From NCBI GenBank assembly GCA_041662665.1, contig JBAZSC010000004.1:10464-74463 (forward strand): a stretch of DNA of 64,000 nt. The letters are read 5' to 3'. The translations under genes were made by a program, and so were the position numbers. Shown piece by piece: positions 18,856 through 27,951 of this stretch. Under the pieces are notes generated by a model, which did no database searches, was not told the origin of the DNA, and worked only from the letters and a program-made list of their open reading frames with translations. The stretch comes from Patescibacteria group bacterium. GTDB taxonomy: Bacteria > Patescibacteriota > JABMPQ01 > JAQVVF01. Each line of letters begins with the position of its first letter. The first letter of the stretch is position 1.

Positions 18856-19056
18856 TTATAATTTTGTAATTTTAATACATTGCACTGGACATGCATCAGC
18901 AGCCTCTTGGTTACAACTAATTTCATCTACTTCTGGATTTTTTGGAAATGATTTATTATTTTCACCCTTTAATTCAAAATTTTCCGGACAAATTGTTGTG
19001 CAAGCACCACAGCTAATACATTTTTCTTGATCAATTTCGATTTTAAATTTCGCCAT
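18856..19056 (-). CDS. 4Fe-4S ferredoxin (single-cluster type)
   Basis: 66 aa with CISCGACTTICP plus CP C-terminal cysteines. Confidence 0.75.
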   Translation of the reverse strand: MAKFKIEIDQEKCISCGACTTICPENFELKGENNKSFPKNPEVDEISCNQEAADACPVQCIKITKL

Positions 19057-19075
19057 ATTTTTTTATTAAATAATA

Positions 19076-19101
19076 TAATACAAATATACAAATTTATGCA
19101 A
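19076..19101 (-). promoter_or_regulatory. Conserved promoter-like block (TTGCATAAATTYGTATATTTGTATTA) upstream of ferredoxin
   Basis: The reverse complement matches the block upstream of hsp20 and ruvB and lies 19 nt from the ATG. Confidence 0.45.
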
Positions 19102-19185
19102 ATGATACAAATTGCGAATACGTCGATTCGTAATTCGCAACATTCGTATTATTCGTATTCGCATTCGTATTATATTTTATGTTTT

Positions 19186-20355
19186 TTAAAAAGACAATTG
19201 CTTTAATTTCTCTAGCACCACTTTTTCCACATCCAACAAACTAATATTATCAAAATCAACTAAAATTAAGCCGTTCACTTTCTTACCCATAAAAATATCT
19301 CTGATTTTTTCTTTTGCTGAATCTTTATTGGTTTTGAAAATTGCTTTAACTCGTCCTTGCTGAAATTCATAAAAAATTATCACAATTTCTGCTAAATTCA
19401 CTGACATTGAAATTTCTTCTTCAACTCCCAAAATATCATTTTCTTCCTTTGATCCAGTCTTTTCAAAATCTTGATAATTAACTAATGTCCAAGCAATCTT
19501 TTTCGCATCATCAAATTTTACTCGAGCCAAAGCTCTGCCCCATAATTTCAAAGTTGATAATGATTTATTCTTAAAAATTGATTTAATAATTTTTTGCTGA
19601 TCTGCACCAAGCGCAATTAATTGCGCTGCAATTGTAAAAGATCTTGGTGTTGTTGTTGATGTTTGAAAACTCTTTGTTGATGACACGATTCCTGTCAACA
19701 AACAATTTGCAATTTCCTCATCAACTATTTTTTCGCCAAAAGATTCTAACAAAGTATACACAACTTCGGAAGTTGAAGAAGCTGTTACATCAACTAAATT
19801 CACTTCTCCATATTGCTCATTTGATGAACTGCTATCAATATTTATAATTGGAGTTTCATAAAATAATTCTGTATTTTCTTCATATATTTTTCCAAGCTTT
19901 TCTAAATCTGGAACATCAATACAAATTATCAAATTATATTTAAAACCAGAAGGTTTTGTTATCACATTGCTTGCATCATAATTTCCTTTTTCTGGAGTAA
20001 TATAAATATTTAATTTATTTCCATCCTCATCAAAATCATAAGAAAATTGAGCGACTTTTGCTTTTGATGTGTCTAATGTAATCACAAAATTCTTAGAGCC
20101 ATCAATTGTTTTTCCTAATTTAGAAATATTAGGCAAAAATGATAATGTCGAAGATATCGGTGCAGAACAAACCATATCAACTTCATGTCCGCCCATTTTT
20201 TCCAAAACTAAACCCAAGGAAAGCAAACTTCCAATCGAATCTTCATCAAAATCGGCCTTTGTTACTAATAAAATATTCTTGCTCTTTTTTATTAATTCAA
20301 AAATCTGTTGCTTAGATGATAATTCCATAAAATTTAAAAAAATTACAATATACAA
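19186..20355 (-). CDS. DHH-family phosphoesterase-like protein (NrnA-like architecture with degenerate catalytic motifs)
   Basis: The NrnA-like N-terminal layout is present but DxD/DHH are replaced (DEDSIG; no DHH), and a DHHA1-like C-terminus follows. The first about 9 codons lie in the inverted repeat at 20344-20452, so the start is probably the downstream ATG near 20328. Confidence 0.45.
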   Translation of the reverse strand: MYIVIFLNFMELSSKQQIFELIKKSKNILLVTKADFDEDSIGSLLSLGLVLEKMGGHEVDMVCSAPISSTLSFLPNISKLGKTIDGSKNFVITLDTSKAKVAQFSYDFDEDGNKLNIYITPEKGNYDASNVITKPSGFKYNLIICIDVPDLEKLGKIYEENTELFYETPIINIDSSSSNEQYGEVNLVDVTASSTSEVVYTLLESFGEKIVDEEIANCLLTGIVSSTKSFQTSTTTPRSFTIAAQLIALGADQQKIIKSIFKNKSLSTLKLWGRALARVKFDDAKKIAWTLVNYQDFEKTGSKEENDILGVEEEISMSVNLAEIVIIFYEFQQGRVKAIFKTNKDSAKEKIRDIFMGKKVNGLILVDFDNISLLDVEKVVLEKLKQLSF

Positions 20356-20452
20356 ATCTCAAATTCCAAACAAATACCAAATCACAATACACAAAGATTT
20401 TTGGAATTTGGAATTTGGAATTTGTTTGGGATTTGGAATTTGGGATTTTAAT
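20344..20452. repeat. Long inverted repeat, caaattccaaa family
   Basis: tacaaatctcaaattccaaacaaatacc... pairs with ...ttggaatttggaatttggaatttgtttgggatttggaatttggg. Confidence 0.7.
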
Positions 20453-20564
20453 AAGTAATTCTATAACTCCAAAAATAATCTGTCAAATGTGGATTATTTT
20501 GTTAATTTTTGTTATCATAAATTTAGTTTAAATTATAATAAATATTAATTAACACAGTTACTGA

Positions 20565-21023
20565 TTGCTAGTTACTAGTTACTTCAAAATGGAAATTATT
20601 TCTAAATCATCGCAACAAACACAAGATATCGCTCACAAACTTGCTCAACAATTAAATGGTGGCGAAATTTTATGTTTCTCTGGTGAATTAGGTGCCGGAA
20701 AGACCACTTTTATTCAAGGCCTAGCCAAAGGATTAGAAATCAAAGAAAATCTAACTAGCCCAACTTTTGTCATCTTCAAAAAATATCCTGCCAAAAACAA
20801 TCTCGAATTTTATCATTTTGATTTATACAGAATTCATGATCCACAAGAAATTTTAGATTTGGGCTATACCGAAATCATTAATAACAAAAAAAATATATCA
20901 GCAATAGAATGGTCAGAAAAAATTAAGGATCAAATTCCACTCAAAAATGTAATTCATATTAACTTAGAATATCTCGACAAAGATCAAAGAAAAATAATAA
21001 TCAACGAGAATAATGAATTATGA
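20565..21023 (+). CDS. tsaE: tRNA threonylcarbamoyladenosine biosynthesis ATPase TsaE
   Basis: GELGAGKTT P-loop and SPTF motif; about 150 aa. An alternative start at 20589 is possible. Confidence 0.8.
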   Translation: MLVTSYFKMEIISKSSQQTQDIAHKLAQQLNGGEILCFSGELGAGKTTFIQGLAKGLEIKENLTSPTFVIFKKYPAKNNLEFYHFDLYRIHDPQEILDLGYTEIINNKKNISAIEWSEKIKDQIPLKNVIHINLEYLDKDQRKIIINENNEL

Positions 21024-21162
21024 ATCAAGAATTATGATTAGAATTATGAATTACTGAATAACGATTTTTTTAATTTTCATAATTCTCAATTCAATATTCA
21101 AATCATCATTCATAATTCATCATTCATAATTCATAATTCATAATTCATAATTCATAATTCAC
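21010..21162. repeat. Imperfect inverted oligo-repeat (gaattatga / tcataattc words)
   Basis: gaattatgaatcaagaattatgattagaattatgaatt lies opposite (cataattcat)n x about 6. Confidence 0.6.
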
Positions 21163-21166
21163 GTCT

Positions 21167-21862
21167 ATGATTTATCTTTGGTACATTTTTGTCGCCTTAT
21201 TGCCAGGTTTATTCTGGCTCTGGTTTTATCGTCGAAAAGACAGACAAAATCCAGAACCATTAAAACAAATTTTCAAAATCTTTGTTTGGGGCATGGCTGC
21301 AACAATTCCTGCTATTGCTTTGGAATTCTCCGCTGATTTTTTTATTCCTTATGCTTCGTCAACAAAATATTTAGCCATGGTTTTAAGCTCATTTTTAATC
21401 GTCGCTCCGATTGAAGAATTTTTTAAATATTTAGTTTTAAAGCACAAAGCAGCAGAAAGCAAAGAATTCAACGAACCAATTGATGGAATTATTTATGGCA
21501 TTGTTGTTGGCTTAGGCTTTGCGACATTAGAAAACTTTTTGGTAACTTTAAGCGATGGCGGAACAGTTATTATTTTACGCTTTGCAACTGCTACTTTAAT
21601 GCATGCGATTTGTTCTGGTATCGTTGGTTATTATCTTGCTCGTCAAAAATTCCATCCTCAAGGCAACAAATCAAGCGTCATGAAAGGACTTTTCCTTGCC
21701 ATTTTTTTGCATGGCTTATACAATTCCGTCGCCTCTTACAATTCATCATATTCAATCATTTTGCTCGCTATTTTAATCATTGTCATGTATCTGATGCTTT
21801 CTCAAGATATTAAAGCCATAAAAAGATTAAAAATTACTGCTCAACAAAATAATCAAGAATAA
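21167..21862 (+). CDS. PrsW-family intramembrane metalloprotease
   Basis: Multi-TM protein with the EEFFKYL (EExxK), FATATLMH and HGLYN motifs of the PrsW family. Confidence 0.65.
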   Translation: MIYLWYIFVALLPGLFWLWFYRRKDRQNPEPLKQIFKIFVWGMAATIPAIALEFSADFFIPYASSTKYLAMVLSSFLIVAPIEEFFKYLVLKHKAAESKEFNEPIDGIIYGIVVGLGFATLENFLVTLSDGGTVIILRFATATLMHAICSGIVGYYLARQKFHPQGNKSSVMKGLFLAIFLHGLYNSVASYNSSYSIILLAILIIVMYLMLSQDIKAIKRLKITAQQNNQE

Positions 21863-21947
21863 TTCATTAGTACACCATTCGCAAACACTTGTCCACCGAA
21901 GTCCCGCAGGACGCAGGTGGATTCGAAAATTAATTAGAGTGTACAAC

Positions 21948-21982
21948 CAAAACTCCAAGAAATTTCCTGGAGTTTTTTTTGC
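21948..21982 (+). terminator. Rho-independent terminator after the prsW-like gene
   Basis: actccaagaaatttcctggagt followed by a T8 run. Confidence 0.6.
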
Positions 21983-22029
21983 CTGCACATTGCCAAGTCT
22001 CTGTATTCAATCTTTTAATCTTGAGTAGA

Positions 22030-24078
22030 TTATCTACCTATGGCATAATATCTTTCTGAAAAATCAAATGGAGAATTCAAATAAATCGTAAAAGTATTTT
22101 CTTTGTTATTTTGTCTGGCGTCTAAATCAGACCATTCTCTTAGTTCAACATCATATAATTTTAAATGCAAGTCGCTTTCTTTTAAGCCAGTCATTTTCTT
22201 TTTTAAAACTTTAAATTCTTTTTTAGTATAATAAAAAATCACTTTAATTTTAAAGCTATCAGACAATTGATTTAAATCAGTTGTTATCAACCAATTTTTT
22301 TTCAACAACATATTTTCTGCATTAACATAAGTTATTGGATATTTTTTAAATCTTTGCACTTGCCAATAATAATTATATTTTTTAAGACTCTTAGAATATT
22401 TCTTAAAAACAAAATCAAAATCATTAGCAAAATAATTATGGTTTTTTCCTTTAATCTTGACTGTTTTATCGTTTGCTTTCTTAGTTACAAATTTAGCTTT
22501 TTTAATTACATACTTTTTACTGACAACAGAAGATTGATTGCCAGCATTATCAATTGCCATAAATTTCAAAGTCATGTCTTTGGAAACAACAATTTTCTTG
22601 CTGTAAACATCGGAAGTTGTTTTTGGCTTCTTGCCATTAGTTGTATAATAAATTTTATCCACGCCAGAAAGAGCATCAGTTGCTGACAAAGCAACTTTTT
22701 TAATATTTTTATAAGTGCCTTTTTTTACTGATGCCAAAACTTCTGGAGCTGTCGCATCATAAACAATGCTGGCTGACACTGCTGCTGTTTCTGCATACCA
22801 AGTATCTCGAAATTTTGCATAAACAGTTTTTGTCCCCTCGCTAGCTGATAAAGTAAAAGACTGCGAAGTTCCATATGTCGTCCATGCTGATCCAAAAGAA
22901 CTGCTGTTTTCTGTTGTTGCCATTTCTAATGTATCGCTTGAAGAAGACAAACCAAGCGTTAAACTTGAAGAATTAGTGTAAGTTGCTCCAGAATTAATTA
23001 TTAATGCTGCTAAAGACGGACCAGGAGTATAGGTATAAACCAAACCAGTAGCAATATCATAATTACACACTTGCGACCGATTATTAGAATCAACATCAAT
23101 AGAAGTATAATAGCCAGAACTAGAAGCACCTATAGTATATGTCGCCCAAGAGCCAGACACATTAGTCGCATATTTCAAACCATTGCCAGAATAAGTAATT
23201 CTAACTTTATCATTAGAATCAATTGCCAAAGAATTATTTGATCCCACAGTGCCAGAACTGTCTAAAATTTGTACTGTCCCCCAAAAGCTGGGCCTACCAG
23301 TAATATACTTCAAATCATAACTTACATTATCAAAATAACAAATATGAACATTATCGCCGGAATCAACGCCAAGATCCATATGCGTAGAAGTATAGTCACC
23401 CATATCAACATCATCCAAAGTTTCTCTCACCCAACTCCCAGAAGAATTTGTTACAAATCGCAGATGATTATTAGTATCATCATAATAACTTATCTGCGGA
23501 TAGTTATTGGAATCTAACTCAATTGCTGTATATTTTCCCATATCAGTACTTGTATCATCAACCACTTCTGTGCTCCAAGAACCATAATGGCCTTTGGCAT
23601 ATTTCAAATCTTGTCCTGTTGAATAATAATAAGAAATATGCGCTTCGCTGTCAGATCCAACCGCAATTGAAGTGTACCTGCCTACAACACCAGTTGCATC
23701 TACCTGTTCCGTCTGCCATGATCCAGAAACATTAGTTGCATATTTCAAAGAAGTATTATCTGTATCATAATAACTGATATGCGCTTTATTATTAGAATCC
23801 AATGCTAATGAAGAATATCTACCAACATCGGGACCGCCAAAACCATCTACTATCTCGCTTGTCCAAGAACCAGTTAAATTATTGACATATACCAAATCTT
23901 CATCACCTATAGCATAATAACAAATATGAATTTTATCATTCGTATCAACTTTTAATTCAGTGTCTGTAATATTTGCTAATATCGTAATTGTACTCGCTGA
24001 CCAGTCAGCCGCTTTTACATTTTGCCCAACAAAAATTACACTAATTAAAATTAAAAATAACCACAAAATTTTTCGCAT
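22030..24078 (-). CDS. Secreted repeat protein, paralog 1 of 6: signal peptide, YATN-type propeller-like repeats, chitobiase-C-like module and lysine-rich C-terminal domain ending YYAIGR
   Basis: Signal peptide MRKILWLFLILISVIFVGQNVKAADW; repeats of about 46 aa (SLALDSNNKAHISYYD.TN..LKYATNVSGSW); a KIYYTTNGKKP...KFMAIDNAGN module; lysine-rich tail. Confidence 0.8.
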   Translation of the reverse strand: MRKILWLFLILISVIFVGQNVKAADWSASTITILANITDTELKVDTNDKIHICYYAIGDEDLVYVNNLTGSWTSEIVDGFGGPDVGRYSSLALDSNNKAHISYYDTDNTSLKYATNVSGSWQTEQVDATGVVGRYTSIAVGSDSEAHISYYYSTGQDLKYAKGHYGSWSTEVVDDTSTDMGKYTAIELDSNNYPQISYYDDTNNHLRFVTNSSGSWVRETLDDVDMGDYTSTHMDLGVDSGDNVHICYFDNVSYDLKYITGRPSFWGTVQILDSSGTVGSNNSLAIDSNDKVRITYSGNGLKYATNVSGSWATYTIGASSSGYYTSIDVDSNNRSQVCNYDIATGLVYTYTPGPSLAALIINSGATYTNSSSLTLGLSSSSDTLEMATTENSSSFGSAWTTYGTSQSFTLSASEGTKTVYAKFRDTWYAETAAVSASIVYDATAPEVLASVKKGTYKNIKKVALSATDALSGVDKIYYTTNGKKPKTTSDVYSKKIVVSKDMTLKFMAIDNAGNQSSVVSKKYVIKKAKFVTKKANDKTVKIKGKNHNYFANDFDFVFKKYSKSLKKYNYYWQVQRFKKYPITYVNAENMLLKKNWLITTDLNQLSDSFKIKVIFYYTKKEFKVLKKKMTGLKESDLHLKLYDVELREWSDLDARQNNKENTFTIYLNSPFDFSERYYAIGR

Positions 24079-24152
24079 ACTTTTTTATTAATTAGTAGTG
24101 ATATTCCTGCCTGATAACAGTCAGGTATAACAAAATTTGCGTAAATTCACAA

Positions 24153-26000
24153 TTATCTTCCGATTGCATAATATCTTTCCGAATAATTAAATGGCGAACT
24201 TAAATAAATCATAAAAGTATTTTTTTTAGTATTCGGCTTGACTTGCAAATCCGCCCATTCTCTTGATTCAGAATTATATAATTTTAGATAAAGATTTTTC
24301 TCTTTCAAACCTTTTACCTTTTTCTTTAAAGCCTTAAATTCTTTATTAGTATAAGAAAATACTAATTTTAATTTTACTGGTTTGCTAGAATTATATTTTT
24401 GATAATCAGTTTTAATTTTCCAATATTTCTTTATCAAATTATGCTTTGCGTCAACAAAAAGTTTCGTATACTTTTTTTGCCTCTCAACCAAAAAATATCT
24501 TTTTGTCTTTTTAAAACTTTTTGGAAATTTTTTGAAAGTCAAATTTAATTCTCTTGCATAATATTTTTTATTTTTTTTCTTGATTTTAACTTCATTCTTT
24601 TTCTTGGATTTTTTTGTTGTAAATTTTGGATTGCCAACATATTTAACAATTTGTGAAACAACATCTGATTCAGCATGCCAAGCATCTCTATATTTTACAT
24701 AAACAGTTTTCTTGCCTTTTTTTGCTGGCATTTTAAATGTCTTATCAGCCAAATAACTTTGCCAAGTTTTGTTTGAAAAATCAGATTTTGTTGACACAAT
24801 CATTTCGACCGGACTTTCAGTCAAAGAAGATGTAATATGAATTTTTCTATAAGCAGAATATTTACGTCCATAATTTATTTCTGTTATTTGATTTGAAGGA
24901 CCAGGAGTATTAGCAAGTTTTAATTTCTCGCTTGTCTGATCATAATATGCGATATAGGCTCTGTTTTTTGAATCCACATCCAAAGATGGATAACCAACAA
25001 CATCGCTGTCATTCAAAGTATTTTTTACAAAAGAATCAGTTACATTGCTCATATAGCCTATCCAATTTCCTCCTCCAACTGTTCCGCCATAATAACTTAA
25101 ACGAACCTTATTATCAGAATCTAAAGCTAAAGAATTATTAAATGCTGTAAAATCAGGCAAGATTTCACTATCCATATCGCTTATCGTCCAATTACTGTCT
25201 GCCGTTGTTTTAGTCGCATATTTAAGCGTCGTATTAGGATTAGCTAAATACAAATAAGCCAAATGTGCTGTATTATTGCTATCAAACTTCAAAGAATTAA
25301 AATAACCAGTTCTATAAGTACTATCAATCGCGCTCAATACCCAACTGCCGGAAACATTAGTCGCATATTTCAAATAATCATTTGTCCCTTCAAAATAAGC
25401 AATATGAACTTTATTATTAGAATCAATAGCCAGAGAATTAAACGTTCCACTATTATCAACCGTATCCAAAGTCTCATAAACCCAATCACCAGTAACATTA
25501 GTCGCATATTTCAAATGATCATTAGTACCATCATAATAAGCAATATGCGCCTTATTATTTGAATCCAAGGCTAAAGACGGATATGAACCAGCTTCAATTG
25601 TCGGATCTAAAATTGTTACTTGCCAAGAACCAGAAGCATTAGTCGCATACCGCAATTGATCTTCAATCATAGCATAATAAGCCAAATAAAAATTATTATT
25701 AGAATCAACTGCCGAAGAAATAAATAATCCTGCATAAAGAGTATCATCAACAGTCTGTTGCTCCCAAGCCCCAGAAGCATTTGTAGCATACTTTATTTTA
25801 TGATCAGTATTATCAAAATAACCAATATAAATCTTATCATTACTGCCAACTTTTAAAGAAACAACAGCCGCACCTTCTGACACCATTGGCACGTTTCCCA
25901 TATCAGCCACATCGCTAAAAACCCAATCAGCAGCCTTAACATTTTGGCCAAAAATAAACAAAGTAAAAACAACAATCAAAATTAACAATCCTTTTTTCAT
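24153..26000 (-). CDS. Secreted repeat protein, paralog 2 of 6
   Basis: Same architecture: signal peptide, 7 repeats, beta module after the TPGPS linker, and a lysine-rich C-terminal domain ending RYYAIGR. Confidence 0.8.
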   Translation of the reverse strand: MKKGLLILIVVFTLFIFGQNVKAADWVFSDVADMGNVPMVSEGAAVVSLKVGSNDKIYIGYFDNTDHKIKYATNASGAWEQQTVDDTLYAGLFISSAVDSNNNFYLAYYAMIEDQLRYATNASGSWQVTILDPTIEAGSYPSLALDSNNKAHIAYYDGTNDHLKYATNVTGDWVYETLDTVDNSGTFNSLAIDSNNKVHIAYFEGTNDYLKYATNVSGSWVLSAIDSTYRTGYFNSLKFDSNNTAHLAYLYLANPNTTLKYATKTTADSNWTISDMDSEILPDFTAFNNSLALDSDNKVRLSYYGGTVGGGNWIGYMSNVTDSFVKNTLNDSDVVGYPSLDVDSKNRAYIAYYDQTSEKLKLANTPGPSNQITEINYGRKYSAYRKIHITSSLTESPVEMIVSTKSDFSNKTWQSYLADKTFKMPAKKGKKTVYVKYRDAWHAESDVVSQIVKYVGNPKFTTKKSKKKNEVKIKKKNKKYYARELNLTFKKFPKSFKKTKRYFLVERQKKYTKLFVDAKHNLIKKYWKIKTDYQKYNSSKPVKLKLVFSYTNKEFKALKKKVKGLKEKNLYLKLYNSESREWADLQVKPNTKKNTFMIYLSSPFNYSERYYAIGR

Positions 26001-26050
26001 TATTTTATTTTAATTAACTTTTAACTTTAGATTTTAGACTTTTAACTCAC

Positions 26051-27895
26051 CTATCTGCCGATAGCATAATATCTTTCCGAATAATTAAATGGCGAATTTA
26101 GATAAATAATAAAAGTATGATTAGTTGTATCAGGTTTAACTTGTAAATCAGCCCAACTATCAGATTCAGAAACATAATATTTCAGATGCAAATTCTTTTC
26201 TTTTAATCCTTTAACTTTCTTTTTCAAAACTTTGAATTCATCGCTAGTATACTGAAATACTAATTTTAATCTAACTTGCTTGCTTCCTGTATATTTATTA
26301 AAGTCAGTATTTACTTTCCAATATTTTTTTAACAAATTGTGCTTTGCATCTGCAAAAAGTTTTGTGTATTTTAATTGTCTTTCAATTAGAAAATATCGCT
26401 TTGTATTTTTGAATTTAGTTGGATATTTTTTGAATTTAAGCTTTAGATCTCTTGCGTAATAAGTTTTATTCTTTTCTTTAACTTTCACTTCATTAGATTT
26501 CCTTGCTTTTTTTGTTACAAACTTTATTGGATTGCCAGTATATTTTACTTCTTGAGAAACAACATTAGATTCAGCATGCCAAATATCTCTGAATTTCATA
26601 TAAACAGTATTTTCACCTTTTTCTGATGGCATTCTAAATGTTGTATCAGCTGAATATGTTTTCCAAGTTTTATCTGAAAAATCAGATTTTGTTGAAACGA
26701 TCATTTCTGTTGGAGTTCCTGCAACTGTTGATTTTATATTAATATTTCTTGTTGCTGAATAATTTCTACCATTATTTATTTCAGAAGAAGTGATACTTGG
26801 ACCAGGAGTGAAAGCATAATTCAAATCATTATCAGTAGTATTATAATATGAAATATGAATACGATTATTTGAATCTACGTCAAGTGAAATTTGATTATAG
26901 TATCCAAATAATACCACTATGTATGATCCAACATTATCAATCACATTATATGTCCATGACCCTGAAGTATTAGTTGCATACTTTAATTGTTGCTCAGTAA
27001 CATCATAATAACCAATATGTACACCATTATTGTTATCAACAGCTATCGAAGTATTATATCCTGCTTGATTTGCCGTATCCAAATTCGTTGCAACCCAAAC
27101 ACCAGTAGAATTAGTAATGTATTTCAAATCTAAATTTGTAGCATCTAAATAACTAATATGGATGCTATTGTTAGTCCCAATCGCCAAAGAAGAATACCAT
27201 CCAGCCTCAACTGAATTATCTAAAGTACTTGTTGACCAAACACCAGACAAACTATTCGTCGCATATTTTAGAGTACTATTAGTTTCATCACGATAACTAA
27301 TATGCGCAAACCCATTTGAATCAATACCAAGCGAATTAAAAATGCCCACATCACCAACTGAATCAACTGTTGTCAACACCCAAGAACCGGTTGCATTAGT
27401 TGCATATTTTAAATCACTATTAGTTGAATCATAATAGCTAATTTGAACCGCATTATTTGCATTCAATACTATTGATGTATTATTTATATCAAAAATACCT
27501 ACTGTAATAGTACCTGAATTATCAACAGTTGTAGCAACCCAAGAACCAGAAGCATTTGTGGCATATTTCAAATTACTATTAGTATCATCAATATAACTAA
27601 TATGAGATTTGTTATTACTATCAATTGCTATTGAAACACCTTCGCCTACGTTTCCTGCACTATCTACAGTTGTAATAGCCCACGAACCTGACTCATTTGT
27701 TATATATTTCAAATCATTAGTACCAACTTCAAAATAAGCAATATGCACAAAGCCATTATGATCAACAGCAATCGCATTATCAGCGCCAGTATTTACAGCA
27801 TCGATTGAAGATTTCTGCCAATCCGCAGCCTTCACATTTTGGCCAAAGATAAACAAACCAACAATGGCCAGACAAATTAATAAATACTTCCGCAT
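26051..27895 (-). CDS. Secreted repeat protein, paralog 3 of 6
   Basis: Same architecture; ends RYYAIGR. Confidence 0.8.
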   Translation of the reverse strand: MRKYLLICLAIVGLFIFGQNVKAADWQKSSIDAVNTGADNAIAVDHNGFVHIAYFEVGTNDLKYITNESGSWAITTVDSAGNVGEGVSIAIDSNNKSHISYIDDTNSNLKYATNASGSWVATTVDNSGTITVGIFDINNTSIVLNANNAVQISYYDSTNSDLKYATNATGSWVLTTVDSVGDVGIFNSLGIDSNGFAHISYRDETNSTLKYATNSLSGVWSTSTLDNSVEAGWYSSLAIGTNNSIHISYLDATNLDLKYITNSTGVWVATNLDTANQAGYNTSIAVDNNNGVHIGYYDVTEQQLKYATNTSGSWTYNVIDNVGSYIVVLFGYYNQISLDVDSNNRIHISYYNTTDNDLNYAFTPGPSITSSEINNGRNYSATRNINIKSTVAGTPTEMIVSTKSDFSDKTWKTYSADTTFRMPSEKGENTVYMKFRDIWHAESNVVSQEVKYTGNPIKFVTKKARKSNEVKVKEKNKTYYARDLKLKFKKYPTKFKNTKRYFLIERQLKYTKLFADAKHNLLKKYWKVNTDFNKYTGSKQVRLKLVFQYTSDEFKVLKKKVKGLKEKNLHLKYYVSESDSWADLQVKPDTTNHTFIIYLNSPFNYSERYYAIGR

Positions 27896-27951
27896 AATTT
27901 TTTTGTTTTAAATTTTTAAATTTCTGAAACTAAATTTATATAAATTATATA

